Under the pieces are notes generated by a model, which was given only the letters and a program-made list of their open reading frames with translations, made no database searches and was not told where the DNA came from. From Lingula anatina (taxonomy: Eukaryota; Animalia; Brachiopoda), in NCBI GenBank assembly GCA_051362555.1, contig CM120643.1, positions 5,828,001-5,892,000 on the forward strand: a stretch of 64,000 bases of DNA. The letters run 5' to 3'. Numbering within the stretch: the first letter of the stretch is position 1; each line of letters begins with the position of its first letter. Below, piece by piece: positions 51,491 to 63,643 of the stretch. The position numbers and the translations under genes are program-made.

Positions 51491-53039
51491 CAAAAGCTTA
51501 AATGGTGACCTGTGAAAACAATTTCATGGAACACAGCAGGTAGAATGGCAAATAGTCACAGTGGTGTGCATTCCACAAAAATTACCAGAGCTAATTGAAC
51601 AAGTAAAGGATGGTACTGTGCAGGCCCTGGTGCAGCAGATGACTAAATGGCCAAGTTTGAAATTTTCAGACAGGATAGGTAATTCCTCTAATATCCTGTT
51701 CCAACAACTCAAGAATTGTCACAGTTAAAAGTGAAATCTAAGGGGCCAAGTAATTTTTTGAGTTCTGTTAATGGGCAAGATATATTCTAAAGAAGAACGC
51801 CTTGACCCAACGCAGCACAGGGGGGCTCAAGGACAGCACAATATAACAAAAAACCAATCTGCTCACAAACACTAGACTATATAATTATTATATGTCAAAA
51901 ACCAGCGTTCAGAAATTGTATCCATCTGTAATGAACGAGGAGCTATGGTGACGATGTCTCTCGGCAATGAACACTGCCAATCGAAATTTAAGGTGTTCAC
52001 AAAAGATTAACATATAGGAAAGCTAACATTTGTTTCCTTACAATACACCAAAGGCTTAGTTTGTCCGCAGATAAATGTGATCACATTCTTGGCTGATTGA
52101 GGCAACGTTTGAAAGAGCAACCAAGTAAGAGACGTGCGTGCCAATAATGAGTAAAAAGTGTGCTATATTCAGGAAGAACAATACCAATCATAAAAAGGAC
52201 AGCCTCTCACCCCTAATTAGGTGAGGGTCATGTGCATCAGTGTTTATTTCTTGCTGGGAAGGGGTAGCGGCCTCCTACTGCTGTGAGTAATCACACATTG
52301 TCTTCTAACTTGCGGCTAGGCATCGGTTGCATTGTATTCATAAAGTAAGAGCAGCTATTCATAAGGAAGGGTGCGGATGGTAATCTTACAAGAATTAAAT
52401 CAGTTATTGATCTTGGGCATACCCGTAGTTTGGCTACTTAATAGCTACACAGTAGTAAATAGATTGAGTATTCCATGTGATATTGAGACAAACACAGTTA
52501 TAGTATGTTATGTCTTATTGACAATGGTTTTCATTTTTTCACAATAACAGCTAGCATACGTTTTTTATTCACTTTGTATTTTGTATTAAGTATTTTGAGC
52601 ACGTCTTTCGCTTGTTGAAAAACTCCATTTGTGAGCATATTCAGGTATAAGTAAACTAATTGGGATTTATACAGTAAATAGTAATGCTAACCTTAGTTGG
52701 CACAGTGTGAAACCTCTAGCGTTTCTTTTTACTTTTCTGCATGATTGACGTTGGAAAGCAGCTTGATGTCAATATGGAGAATATATAAGTACCTTGATAA
52801 TATCATATTATTGCCATCGTCTGTTATTTGGTACAATCATTTTTACAAGGCTTTTACTGGTTTCCTTCAAAGGGACAACAGTATTTAAATGAATTGCATA
52901 GGCCAATTCTGTTCATTATTGGAAAGTCTCAGAGGTTGGTAAGACAAAATTGAATGATGAGCATGAGAAAATGATAAGGAGCCATTGGAAAACAAAAAGC
53001 TGTTCACCAACAGACTGACTAAGACTGATTAAGTCCACA

Positions 53040-53308
53040 TCAAAGAAGTGAAATAGATGGAAACGTGCTGATCATTTTTGTAACCGATTTGAAGTAGCAA
53101 CTTATCCGCCAACAAAATGACTAAGTTCACGTAGAAGAAGTGAAGTAGACAGAAACATGCTGATCATTTTTGCAATGTTTTTGCAGCAGATTTGCAGTAA
53201 TAACCTTTTTCCCAACAAAATGACTAAGTTCAGGTTGTAGAAGTGAAGTAGACGGAAACGTGCTGATCATTTCAGCATTGTTTTTGCAGCAGATTTGCAG
53301 TAGTAACC
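53040..53308. repeat. ~110-bp degenerate tandem repeat interrupted by the solo LTR
   Basis: CAACAAAATGACTAAGTTCA..TAGAAG..GTGAAGTAGAC units; the repeat resumes at 54117. Confidence 0.7.
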
Positions 53309-54116
53309 TGTTGCCAACACGGCAGAAATTGCATATATAATATAGTTATTATTCTCATTTTATTTCCACGATGTTCTTATGTTTATTTCAATTGTGTTAG
53401 ATGAGAAACTAATAACACTGCTCAATTAGGTAACGTGTTCAATTATTCATATGGTCAGCTGTATAAAAGGCAATGTCACACGTGCTCTGCGCGGTCATTT
53501 ATTACTTACTAGCAGAGTGAAGGTATGGTTTGATATTACATGTAGCTTGTGTGAAATTTATGTATTTAATATAGTGTAATTTATATTTCACTTTATATAG
53601 AAGTATTTTGTGTAATTTACATAAGTTTACATGTTTTTGATAATTATAGTCAGTAATGTAGGCTATAGGCATTGTGTTTATCAAAGTGTATGTTGAAATG
53701 GGTTCTGGCATTTTCATGAACAATACATATATGTAATTTTACATTATTAATAGATTACAGTAACAGCTCAGATTGTCATGACCGTCTCTGGGCAGCCAGT
53801 TGGCAGCAGAAAAACAAGTATGGATATTGTTTTAGTGTAAGTATTTGAAATTAAATAATTAGTAAACTTACACGTATGTAAAGATTGATTTTTTTTTGAT
53901 AAGATCACATAAATTAAGTTATTTAGTATATTTAGTTTATTTATCTTAATTATTCACTGTATTGTTATTGTTATTATTTTCTTTTTCTTTTATAGTTTTC
54001 ACCAGTTTCAGTTCTGTTCTGTTCAGCTGAATTCCGCTGTGAACAGTTCATACTGCATGAATAAACAGTAGTCATATCCAACAATGTTTCTTCGTTTTTA
54101 CTCGTGGTCTGCTACA
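53309..54116 (+). mobile_element. Solo LTR (808 bp)
   Basis: Starts TGTTGC and ends GCTACA, with TSD AACC (53305-53308, 54117-54120), TATAAAAG at 53463 and AATAAA at 54060. Confidence 0.85.
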
Positions 54117-54400
54117 AACCTTTTCCACAACAAAATGCCTAAGTTCACGTAGTAGTAAAGTGATATTAATTGTTTAAGTTATTCATATTTCTCCTGGATT
54201 ATTGCCTATCATTACGGCACAGATGTTACGTACCACCTTGCATGATATGAGTTAGTTATGCATAAAAAAATCACAGAATATTTATATAGGCCAATTTGTA
54301 TTTATGGTGATGACATAGAAGTCACTTTTCTTACTGCTAAGGACAAATAATAATATTCATTTTGCATTACAAATCTAGCTCAACATCATGCACTTGCAAG

Positions 54401-55137
54401 ATTCAAAGTACAGTTCCTGTATACATGTGACAGCACACTGTGTGTTATAAAGTATGTCATGTAATTCAAAGTACAGTTCCTGTATACATGTGTCAGCACA
54501 CTGTGTCATGAAGTATGTCATGTTATTCAAAGTACAGCTCCTGTATACATGTGTCAGCACACTGTGTCATGAGGTATGTCATGTAATTCAAAGTACAGCT
54601 CCTGTATACATGTGTCAGCACACTGTGTCATGAGGTATGTCATGTAATTCAAAGTACAGCTCCTGTATACATGTGACAGCACACTGTGTGTTATAAAGTA
54701 TGTCATGTAATTCAAAGTACAGTTCCTGTATACATGTGTCAGCACACTGTGTCATGAAGTATGTCATGTTATTCAAAGTACAGCTCCTGTATACATGTGT
54801 CAGCACACTGTGTCATGAGGTATGTCATGTAATTCAAAGTACAGCTCCTGTATACATGTGACAGCACACTGTGTCATGAAGTATGTCATGTAATTCAAAG
54901 TACAGCTCCTGTATACATGTGGCAACACACTGTCATGAAGTATATCATGTAATTCAAAGTACAGCTCCTGTATACATGTGGCAACACACTGTCATGAAGT
55001 ATGTCATGTAATTCAAAGTACAGTTCCTGTATACATGTGACAGCACACTGTGTCATGAAGTATGTCATGTAATTCAAAGTACAGTTCCTGTATACATGTG
55101 ACAGCACACTGTGTCATGAAGTATGTCATGTAATTCA
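54401..55137. repeat. ~61-bp minisatellite, about 12 units
   Basis: Unit ATTCAAAGTACAGCTCCTGTATACATGTGTCAGCACACTGTGTCATGAAGTATGTCATGTA, with 59-63 bp variants. Confidence 0.95.
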
Positions 55138-55359
55138 GACAATTAAAATACTTCAATGAAAGGAATTACCGTTTTTACCTTTTAAAATATAGCTTATGTG
55201 TGTTGAAATCAGTCCTTATCTTTACAGCAGCAGGCAACGAGACCATAAAACCAAATATTTGTGTTCAAAAACAATGGAAATTACAGATAAAGTAACACCT
55301 GTTCAAATCATGGGCATTATGGAGTAACGACCAGTCATTAAAAACATTAACGCCGTCAG

Positions 55360-55523
55360 CAGATCCCGTCATTGCTATATTACACCATACACAATTCATA
55401 CTTTGGGACTTTAGAACCTTTGGACCATGAAACCTCAAGCAAGTGAACCTATTGACTAGCAAACCTTTGGAACAATGGTACAATTTGCATTATCAAACTA
55501 TCAGACCAATGAACCTTCTGACT
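55360..55523 (+). repeat. ~165-bp direct repeat, second copy at ~58570-58733
   Basis: CAGATCC..TCA.TGCTATATTACACCA...GAAACCTCA.GCAAGTGAACCT...TCAAACTATCAGACCAATGAACCTTCTGACTA at both sites. Confidence 0.85.
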
Positions 55524-55904
55524 ATTGAACCTTTTGAACCATTGGATCTGGGTATCATCAAACTATCAGACCAATGAACCTATACTGACTATTGAACCTT
55601 TTGAACCATTGGATATAGGCATCATCAAACTATTAGTATGGGCGGCCAAAAGGGCAAAAATTCAAGTCATCGATTCAGTTATGTTTCGTCGATTCACTGC
55701 CTTCCCATCAATTCAGTTTTAAGTTTAAACGAGCCTATCATAAATTCAACATCTACTTTCATCAATTCAATTGTCAAACATTTCTCATCTACGGTGTATT
55801 AAAACCAATGCTCTCACTATTTTCGTCGATCGTCTAACTATTCTCGTCGATCGTCTTACTATTCTCGTCGATCCTGTAACGTCATTTAATCATTCATCGA
55901 TCTA

Positions 55905-55920
55905 TCACCAGAGGGCGCTG
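55905..55920 (+). promoter_or_regulatory. CTCF-like motif
   Basis: TCACCAGAGGGCGCTG closely matches the CCASYAGRKGGCRS core; it follows three 21-bp CTATTCTCGTCGATCG repeats. Confidence 0.4.
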
Positions 55921-56580
55921 CAGTAGTAACATGTGTTTCCATCTGTCTGTCACGCGGTAATTTTTAAGTCGGCAGCCATAGCCCTTGTCAGAGGTGAAAA
56001 TTTTCACATACATTTCCATAATTATCGGACACTTCACTGCCCTTTGGCACATTGTATGGCAACCTCACTAGGCCTACTTGGATTTTAACATCTCAGATTA
56101 CTCGAGTTTCACCTTTTTATTCAACTAGAATATATATATAATGTCCCGCAACCAAACAGAGTCAATAGATAGAACCTTTCTTCAATCTATTGGAGGACTC
56201 CTCAACCAAGCGGTGACACTTATTAATGGTGTTGTTGACAGGTCCAGATCCACAACTTCTACTTCTCGTGACCAGGAAAACGAAGGAGAGGAGATATGCT
56301 GGTTAAGATTTATGAAAATCTTTCTCCTTGTGTTTTGCAAGAAACTTTCAAAAAATTGAGATAAGCCTAATCAATGAAAAACCCTCTGTTCTGGCTCTGC
56401 TGCTACACTGTCTTCAGACTGATTTTAATTTAAAATTAATTAGCTACACCTAAAAAAATGTAATGAATAAAATAAATGAATGAGTAATATAAGACATTTA
56501 ACAAAAAGAATAAGCCTGTAAAATCAGTTTTTTCATATGTTTTGTTGAAAAGTTAGGCCAGGTCATTTTGAAAGAGGGGG

Positions 56581-56961
56581 AGACAAGAGGGTGAAGAGGA
56601 CAATGACAGACAAGAGGGTGAAGAGGACAATGACAGACAAGAGGGTGAAGAGGACAATATGACAGACAAGAGGGTGAAGAGGACAATATGACAGACAAGA
56701 GGGTGAAGAGGACAATGACAGACAAGAGGGTGAAGAGGACAATGACAGACAAGAGGGTGAAGAGGACAATGACAGACAAGAGGGTGAAGAGGACAATGAT
56801 AGACAAGAGGGTGAAGAGGACAATGACAGACAAGAGGGTGAAGAGGACAATGACAGACAAGAGGGTGAAGAGGACAATGACAGACAAGAGGGTGAAGAGG
56901 ACAATGACAGACAAGAGGGTGAAGAGGACAATGATAGACAAGAGGGTGAAGAGGACAATGA
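56581..56961. repeat. 27-bp minisatellite, about 14 units
   Basis: Unit GACAGACAAGAGGGTGAAGAGGACAAT; two units carry a +2 AT insertion. Confidence 0.95.
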
Positions 56962-57229
56962 CAGTAATAGCTATGCTGCGTATAGAGCATACATATCTTG
57001 GCAGTATCAAAAGCTTTTTTTAATAACCTTTTTTTTTTTCTAAATCTGTATGGTTTTTGGATTGATCTTTTTTCTAAAACTGTATGTTTTTTATCAAAAG
57101 TTTTGGGAATATCACGGAGAAGACAGAGTATCATTGAATGTGGTAACCAATTAGATGGAATGTTTTTCAGAACATACTCATACTTTAATTGAATTCTTTT
57201 TTTTTTCAGAAAACCAAAAGAAGGATACA

Positions 57230-57460
57230 GATCCTGTCAGCCCAGGGGTGGCAGACTGAGGTGATCCTGTCAGCCCAAGGGTGGCAGACTGAGGTGATCC
57301 TGTCAGCCCAAGGGTGGCAGACTGAGGTGATCCTGTCAGCCCAAGGGTGGCAGACTGAGGTGATCCTGTCAGCCCAAGGGTGGCAGACTGAGGTGATCCT
57401 GTCAGCCCAAGGGTGGCAGACTGAGGTGATCCTGTCAGCCCAAGGGTGGCAGACTGAGGT
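57230..57460. repeat. 33-bp minisatellite, 7 near-identical units
   Basis: Unit GATCCTGTCAGCCCAAGGGTGGCAGACTGAGGT. Confidence 0.97.
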
Positions 57461-57891
57461 GCAGCATGCACAAATCAAGAGCGCCATTGATATCAGGTAC
57501 ACATCTAGCGATGAAGAGTGTGATGAAGGATTCATCACACACACCCCATCCTGGCAAAGTGACAAATTTGCCCATGTTAAACGTACCTTAGACAGGTGTT
57601 CTAATGAAAACAGCTCCTACAAGAGCAGAAGGTTGCTGCAAAATAGGAAGATTGGAGCAACTCGCATCAAATCTGTCTCTAATTGTCGTAGGCTCGACAA
57701 TAAGGATTGCCTGATTGCCCAGGGCAAGTAGACATTGATGTTGGGCAAGTCCACTCACCTGAATGCGATCAGGCAAGTGTCAAAATAAAGTAAAAGAACG
57801 GATATATAATTTCATAAAATCGTGAAATCTTCATAAATATCATGAAATCTTCATAAATATGGTTGTACACGGGAATACTTATCTCCAAATT

Positions 57892-58026
57892 ATAATGGTT
57901 CATTTTAATGAGTTGCTGCAGAGACTTGGGTGTGACCAGAACCAAGTTCTCAGGGAGTGGCCAGCAGTTAAAGCTTTGGTAACCTCAGGATTTGTAAACA
58001 ACTTTTATCATCAAACCATGCAGTAA
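57892..58026 (+). mobile_element. hAT/ZNF862-like transposase fragment
   Basis: HFNELLQRLGCDQNQVLREWPAVKALV resembles the segment preceding the hAT dimerisation domain. Confidence 0.45.
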
Positions 58027-60483
58027 GAGGAGAGAATGGAAGAATTCCTGCTCACATAAAGATTTAAGTACAATTAATAAAATTTTGGCTTTAAATATTA
58101 TGCTTGGATGATAACAACCTACTTAAACAAGCATACCTACATGAATTACACTTTACAATTTTCTCTCAACAAAAAGCTTGTCAAATCTGAAAGATGTTAA
58201 TCTCTCATGGAGTAGAGTTATCATGAAACTCCTATTTGAAACTCCACTTTGACCTCAGAACAACTGATGAAAAGTTTACTATCATTATGAAATCCCAAGA
58301 AGAAGAAACCCTCATTGTATTGGCTAAGTTTCTCTCCTTTTCTTTAGCTAGAAGGGAACTAGAAGACAGTGCTGCACCTATGGGCAATTGAGTAGTAGTA
58401 ACATTAACTTGGGTTAAACAATTGTCTTTAGTAAGTCAGAAGCCATACACATTGTAATTGGTTAAAAGCATCCTCATTTAAAATTACATTTATATTGTCA
58501 TTTTTATCCAACCAGGTGGATGCATACCTTACAATGAATAAATTATGAAAAAAACATAAACGCCCTCTACAGATCCTATCACTGCTATATTACACCACAC
58601 ACAATTCTTATTCTAAGACTATACAACCTTGGAACCAATGAAACCTCAGGCAAGTGAACCTTTAGACTAGCAAACCTTTGGAACAGCTGGGCATTTGCAT
58701 CATCAAACTATCAGACCAATGAACCTTCTGACTAGTACTGCTGTCATGAATGACAAATCATTTAACAATGAACTTACAACAATTTCATAAACTCACAAAA
58801 TGACAATATTTAGTAATTTAAAAAAATATATCAGAATCAGAAATAAAGACAAAAATACAGGAAGATATCTACATTGTGACTTCAATGTGATTTACTTACT
58901 GTAGCATCATACCCTGCTGAAGATAATAAAACAATATGTCATAGAATAATCCAATCATGCTGATTGGATGCTGCAAGAATTAGAATTAAAACAAAAATAC
59001 AGTTTATCAGTTATAGGGTAAACAACAGATGTGTCACAAAGTGCTGACTATGGCAATGACACTGGACAGACACAGTGATCAGAATATAGACAGACTGAAA
59101 GTGTCTGTATATAATAAATATGTGATAAAATTTGCAATTCCAACTTAATGACCTCACAATAACAGAGATCATTTATGAAATATCATATCTGACCTGAAAT
59201 ATATATTCACATTTAAATATTTTCACTGAAGTCTTGTTCTCCTCAGTGATGGCTTATTGTCTACCATAATCTCGCTGTACATGCTACCTCTTCTAGTACT
59301 GTAACAGTTTCCATGCATATGGGGAAAATTATTATAACACATCACAACTGAGCTGAAATATCAATTCACTCTTAAACATTTCCATTGTGTCTATTCATCT
59401 TCAGTGATAGGGTATTGTCCAACACAATCTCCTTGCTTTATATACCCTGCCTCTATAGTTTCCATGTATATGGGGAAAATTGATTCTTTGTGTTACCTGG
59501 AACCCACATTTGTTGTGTAATTGTACTGTTCCATATAACTGGCTCCACAGGATCTGCTGTGTTTGGAAGTCTTGTTCTGGGTGGTTCTGGCAGCACTCTC
59601 TAAAATCATAAATGAAATGGGTGTAACTGTTTGCAATATTTTGCTGTTTTCATGTGAATCCTCTCTGTAACATCCTTAACAATTATCCGTGCTCCATAGT
59701 GCAAACTATTATCAGGAACAATTCAATGATAGGTAATTCAAATATAGGATGCTTTTGTAAAATGATCAAGATCATTTCTGTATCACCATACTTGATATTT
59801 ATATTTTGACACAGCTGGTATGTAATGGTGATCAAATTAAAATATAGGTATTCATTTTATATGTGTTTTGTGCATACAAGATGAATTGGATTCACATTTT
59901 TAACAAATGACAGGTGTGATTAAATTTACATTACAATTAAAGCAGTGAAACATTAATTTTATTCATAATAATCCATGCTTTCCATCTGAAATAATCATTT
60001 CACCCCCCCCCCCAAAAATAAAAATGTTACAATTGTGTCTCTTTCACAAAGGACAGAGGGGAAACAAATTACCTATCTTTATTTGCATAAAAAAAAAACA
60101 ACCATACATTTTGTCTGCTATCTGTCACCTGTTTACAATGGTTGTCCTGTCTCTGGCTGTTCATTCATCCTTTAACTTGCCATATCCCGTGTCTTGCACA
60201 ACTGGGTGAGATGAAGATGTTCCAGTTGCTGCCTTTTTTATGCCTGCTTCTTATAAAATACATGTCCCCCATGTTCAGCCAGGTAAAGTCAGTTCACCTA
60301 GAAGACACCATGCTGTATGGAGACTGGAGCTGGAAAAACAGACATGACAATGTATAAGTGAAGGAACACAAATTATCTTAACACAAAGAAAAGACAAAAA
60401 CCTGACAGTCCACCAGAGCCAGTTGGGAAAAATATTAAAACTATGGTACACTGCCAAGTGCCCACCTTATATGGTAGACATTA

Positions 60484-60857
60484 TTGTTGTGGTGATTGTG
60501 GGTGTCTGGAGAGATAATCTGAGTCTGCATTTTTCTTTCCTGGCTCAAATACCACTTCATAGTCAACATCTTGTAAGTGCATCACCCATTTCTCTATTCT
60601 CGGTGGTAATTTTGCTTGTGTTTTGTTAAACATGGGTACTAATGGTTTGTGTGCTTCAATAATACTAAATTCTTCTCTCATGTCCGAGTATGGTTCAATG
60701 TCCTCATCTTTTCTGTATAGATTGTGGATTCCAATCTCCTGTTGAGATTCTCCCTCCAAGTTTGATTGGTGTTGGCTCAGTGAGGGTTTTCTCTGCTATC
60801 TCATTGAGAATCACTGCATTTTCAGGTTTGACCACTCTTTCAAACTGTGTGCCTGAG
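60484..60857 (-). mobile_element. Ty3/Gypsy pol fragments (RNase H end and RNase H-integrase linker)
   Basis: HKPLVPMFNK...PPRIEKWVMHLQDVDYEVVFEPGKKNADSDYLSRHP, plus NAVILNEIAEKT...ISTGDW and YRKDEDIEPYSDMREEFSIIE. Confidence 0.85.
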
Positions 60858-62589
60858 CTAGAAAAACAAAAAAAGAGAAACACTCATTATAAACATTCAA
60901 CAGGCCTGTAGCCAGCTATTTCAAAAGTTTTTTTTTTCCCTAAAAAAGTGGACCTTTTACCATGAAACCATTGTGTACCTAAATGAAAATTTACCCAGAG
61001 GGAACCTTCCTGGCAAAAAGGGCTGTTCGTTCGCATGTCTAAACTGGCAGTGGTCCTGGGCAAAGTCAAACTTGGCAGCTTTCTTGTATTCACTGTTAAT
61101 TGTACTTTCAAAAAATTGCTAATATGCATTTGATGTTTTGCCATGACTATCAGACGTCATGCAAAAAAAATAAAAATAAAAAATCAAACTTAAAATTGTC
61201 ATCATTCTATATTGGCAATTTAAGCTAAATTTAGAGGGACATTTGTTGTGACTTTGCATCTTAAGCGGCCCGACATGCCTCAAAATGTGTCACAACACTA
61301 TATTCAATGCAGGAATGGTGCAGTCCAGATGTAACATTGCAATAATGTGATGTTATACTTGGCTACATACTGGGGTATGCATGAATTCCTAACATGCAAA
61401 GCCATAACTTCACTCCAGTTGGAGGGCTATGGCTAAATAGAGAGTTATAAAGATACCTGATAGGACGAAGTGAACACTGCAAAAATCCCCACAAATAACT
61501 TTTTAGGACAACATATAGAAACCCTATTGCTCTCTAACTCTGCTAGAACTTTTTCGTTTTACCTCAGATATTTCCAGGAATCCAGATCTACTGAATAACA
61601 CTTATAACACTCCCTTTATCTATCCTCTAGCTCTTGTATCTGCAGCTCTCTCTCTCTCCCTCTCCTCTCTCTCAAAAGCCCCGCCCAACTGTCGCTTTCA
61701 ATCCCAAGACTTCCGGTACCAGATCACTGCTACAAAGTACTCACCTTTCTGTCATCAAGAATGTCTTTGCATGCATTTAAAAGGATGCTGGAATCGTGGA
61801 TGGTCCTACTGCTTCAGATCAAACTTTTATGGTGACCCATAAATATATATTGGCCTTAGTATAACGTTATTTCATAACGTGTAAAATTTTCCCGCTCCGC
61901 CCGACTAAGTAGGTCAAAGAAAACCCGCAGTGAATACTGGGTCACATCTCGGCACATCCGGTCACAAGAAGCGCGCCGCAGTTTTACTCTGTGTCCAAGT
62001 TATTATATCTTTTGATTTTTCGTTAGATATAATATTATTGATTATTGATTGAGAATAAATTATAACAAAAAGGTAATTATAACTTCTTTTTCATTGTTAT
62101 TGTTATATTTTTTCTTTTTGCTTCAACTTTTGCTGGATCTCAGCACTGCTAACACAACGTTCATCCGCGAAGACTATACTAAGTTAGAAGGCCAGATGTT
62201 CATTACAAATCGCCCATTCTGCTATTTTGTTGTGTTTACATTCAAAGATCTGTTTGTGGAGTTGATTCATTCTGACGCTGGGTATTTTTCTACATGTATT
62301 TTGCCCAGGATAAATTTTTTTAATGAAAAACACTATAGGAAGTATGTGTCAGCTAGTTTATAGAAAGTACCCCTGTATGAGATGGTTTTAGCTGCAATCA
62401 TAATTTTGAAGTGCAATTTTAAAAATGTTTTAACTAAAATGAAATAATTTGGTGGTGCTATATTCTTTACAAAAAGTACTTATGTTTTTATGCTGTTTTT
62501 AATAATATTTAACTGTAATGAAAAAAAACCTATGATGATATTTTGTAAAGTATTTTTAGTGGGATGAAATAAATTGCTAGTTGTATTTA

Positions 62590-63185
62590 CAGCAAATAAT
62601 TTGGTTTTTCTGCTTTTTAAAGAATTTTCAAAGTGATGACATAATGTGGTGGTTCTATTCAAGTAAAATAATTCATAAGTACTATTTTGTAAAAAGGAAC
62701 AAAAAACTGTGTTAATTTGTAAAATGTTTGCTTTCTTCAATTTTTATTTCTTAAACTGTTACAAAAAGTTTTCCATACCTACAGTAATCCATTGGCTGAG
62801 AAATTGCAGCTATATATTCAGGAAAGTTATAGCACAAATAAATTATCTAAGTATTACATGGTTTCATGGTTTTTACTATGGACTGAATATTTATTATGTT
62901 TAAATAAAATATTTGGTTTTGCTGCATTTCAATGAATTTTCAGAGCGATGAAATAATATGGTGTTTCTACTCAAGTAAAACAATTCAGAAGTGCTATTTT
63001 GTAAAAAAAGAACAAAAACTGTTCATTTATAAAATGTTTTCTTTCTTTAAATTTTATTTCTTAATCTGTTACAAAAAGATTTCCAAACATGCATTATTCC
63101 ATTGGCTGAGAAATTGCATCTATACATGAACAAATAAATGATCTAACTATACCTAGTTTTATGATTCTAACGAGGTACTGAATAA
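62590..63185. repeat. ~312-bp diverged tandem duplication
   Basis: About 62595-62900 vs 62907-63185 share e.g. CTGTTACAAAAAG.TTTCCA...TCCATTGGCTGAGAAATTGCA. Confidence 0.8.
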
Positions 63186-63309
63186 TGATTTTAAATAAAA
63201 ATAATTATTTAATTAACATTACCGGTCATGCTCAATACATCAATAAAAAAGGATATTACTTAATAACACATCCTTATGCGGGTAGTAGGCTACCGGCACT
63301 TATATATAT

Positions 63310-63643
63310 TTACTGACAACTCTTCTGAAATTACGGACATAAGAAAATGCACTTTGATAAATCATACTTCCTAGGGGCACTTTCTTGCTATGGAGCTCTC
63401 TTTCCAAAACTTCATAAGTTTTGCCAAGATCAATTAACCTTTTTACGTGTATTCTTTTTGAGGCAACTCGTCTATCTTTAGGGGCCTAATTACTGTGCCT
63501 GGGTCAAGTTGTAACTGTCCCTTTAACATGGAAGGTGTGTTGACATGGGCAACCCTTCACTTCAAACGAAGCCCTGAATCCTCAAGAAAATTATGCCCAC
63601 CTTGCCGACTTTGACAATCAGGTACACAACAATACTGAGGCAT
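63310..63643 (-). mobile_element. Internally deleted THAP + DDE_Tnp_4 (PIF/Harbinger-ISL2EU) element
   Basis: MPQYCCVPDCQSRQGGHNFLEDSGLRLK* (THAP N-terminus, Trp mutated to stop) joined to PSMLKGQLQL and VASKRIHVKRLIDLGKTYEVLEREL (Harbinger transposase C-terminus). Confidence 0.8.

Larger units (their letters stand above)
56141..57731 (+). pseudogene. Degraded transposon-associated gene(s): P2RX7/Nanor-like remnant plus C14orf93 (DUF4616)-like exon
   Basis: YAAYRAYISWQ after the 27-bp array. Acceptor TTTTTTTTTCAG at ~57209 is followed by IRYTSSDEECDEGFITHTPSWQSDKFAHVKRTLD (YMSSEE...P.WRS...LD pattern). Confidence 0.5.

Noticed and set aside
56498-57134. Hydrophobic, His/Cys and Ser-rich repeat ORFs on the minus strand
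   Set aside because: Artefacts of the 27-bp minisatellite.
61351-61609. Solo LTR (TGTTATA...TATAACA)
   Set aside because: Inverted ends are present but the flanks (GTGA / CTCC) show no TSD and there is no clear polyadenylation signal; not supportable.
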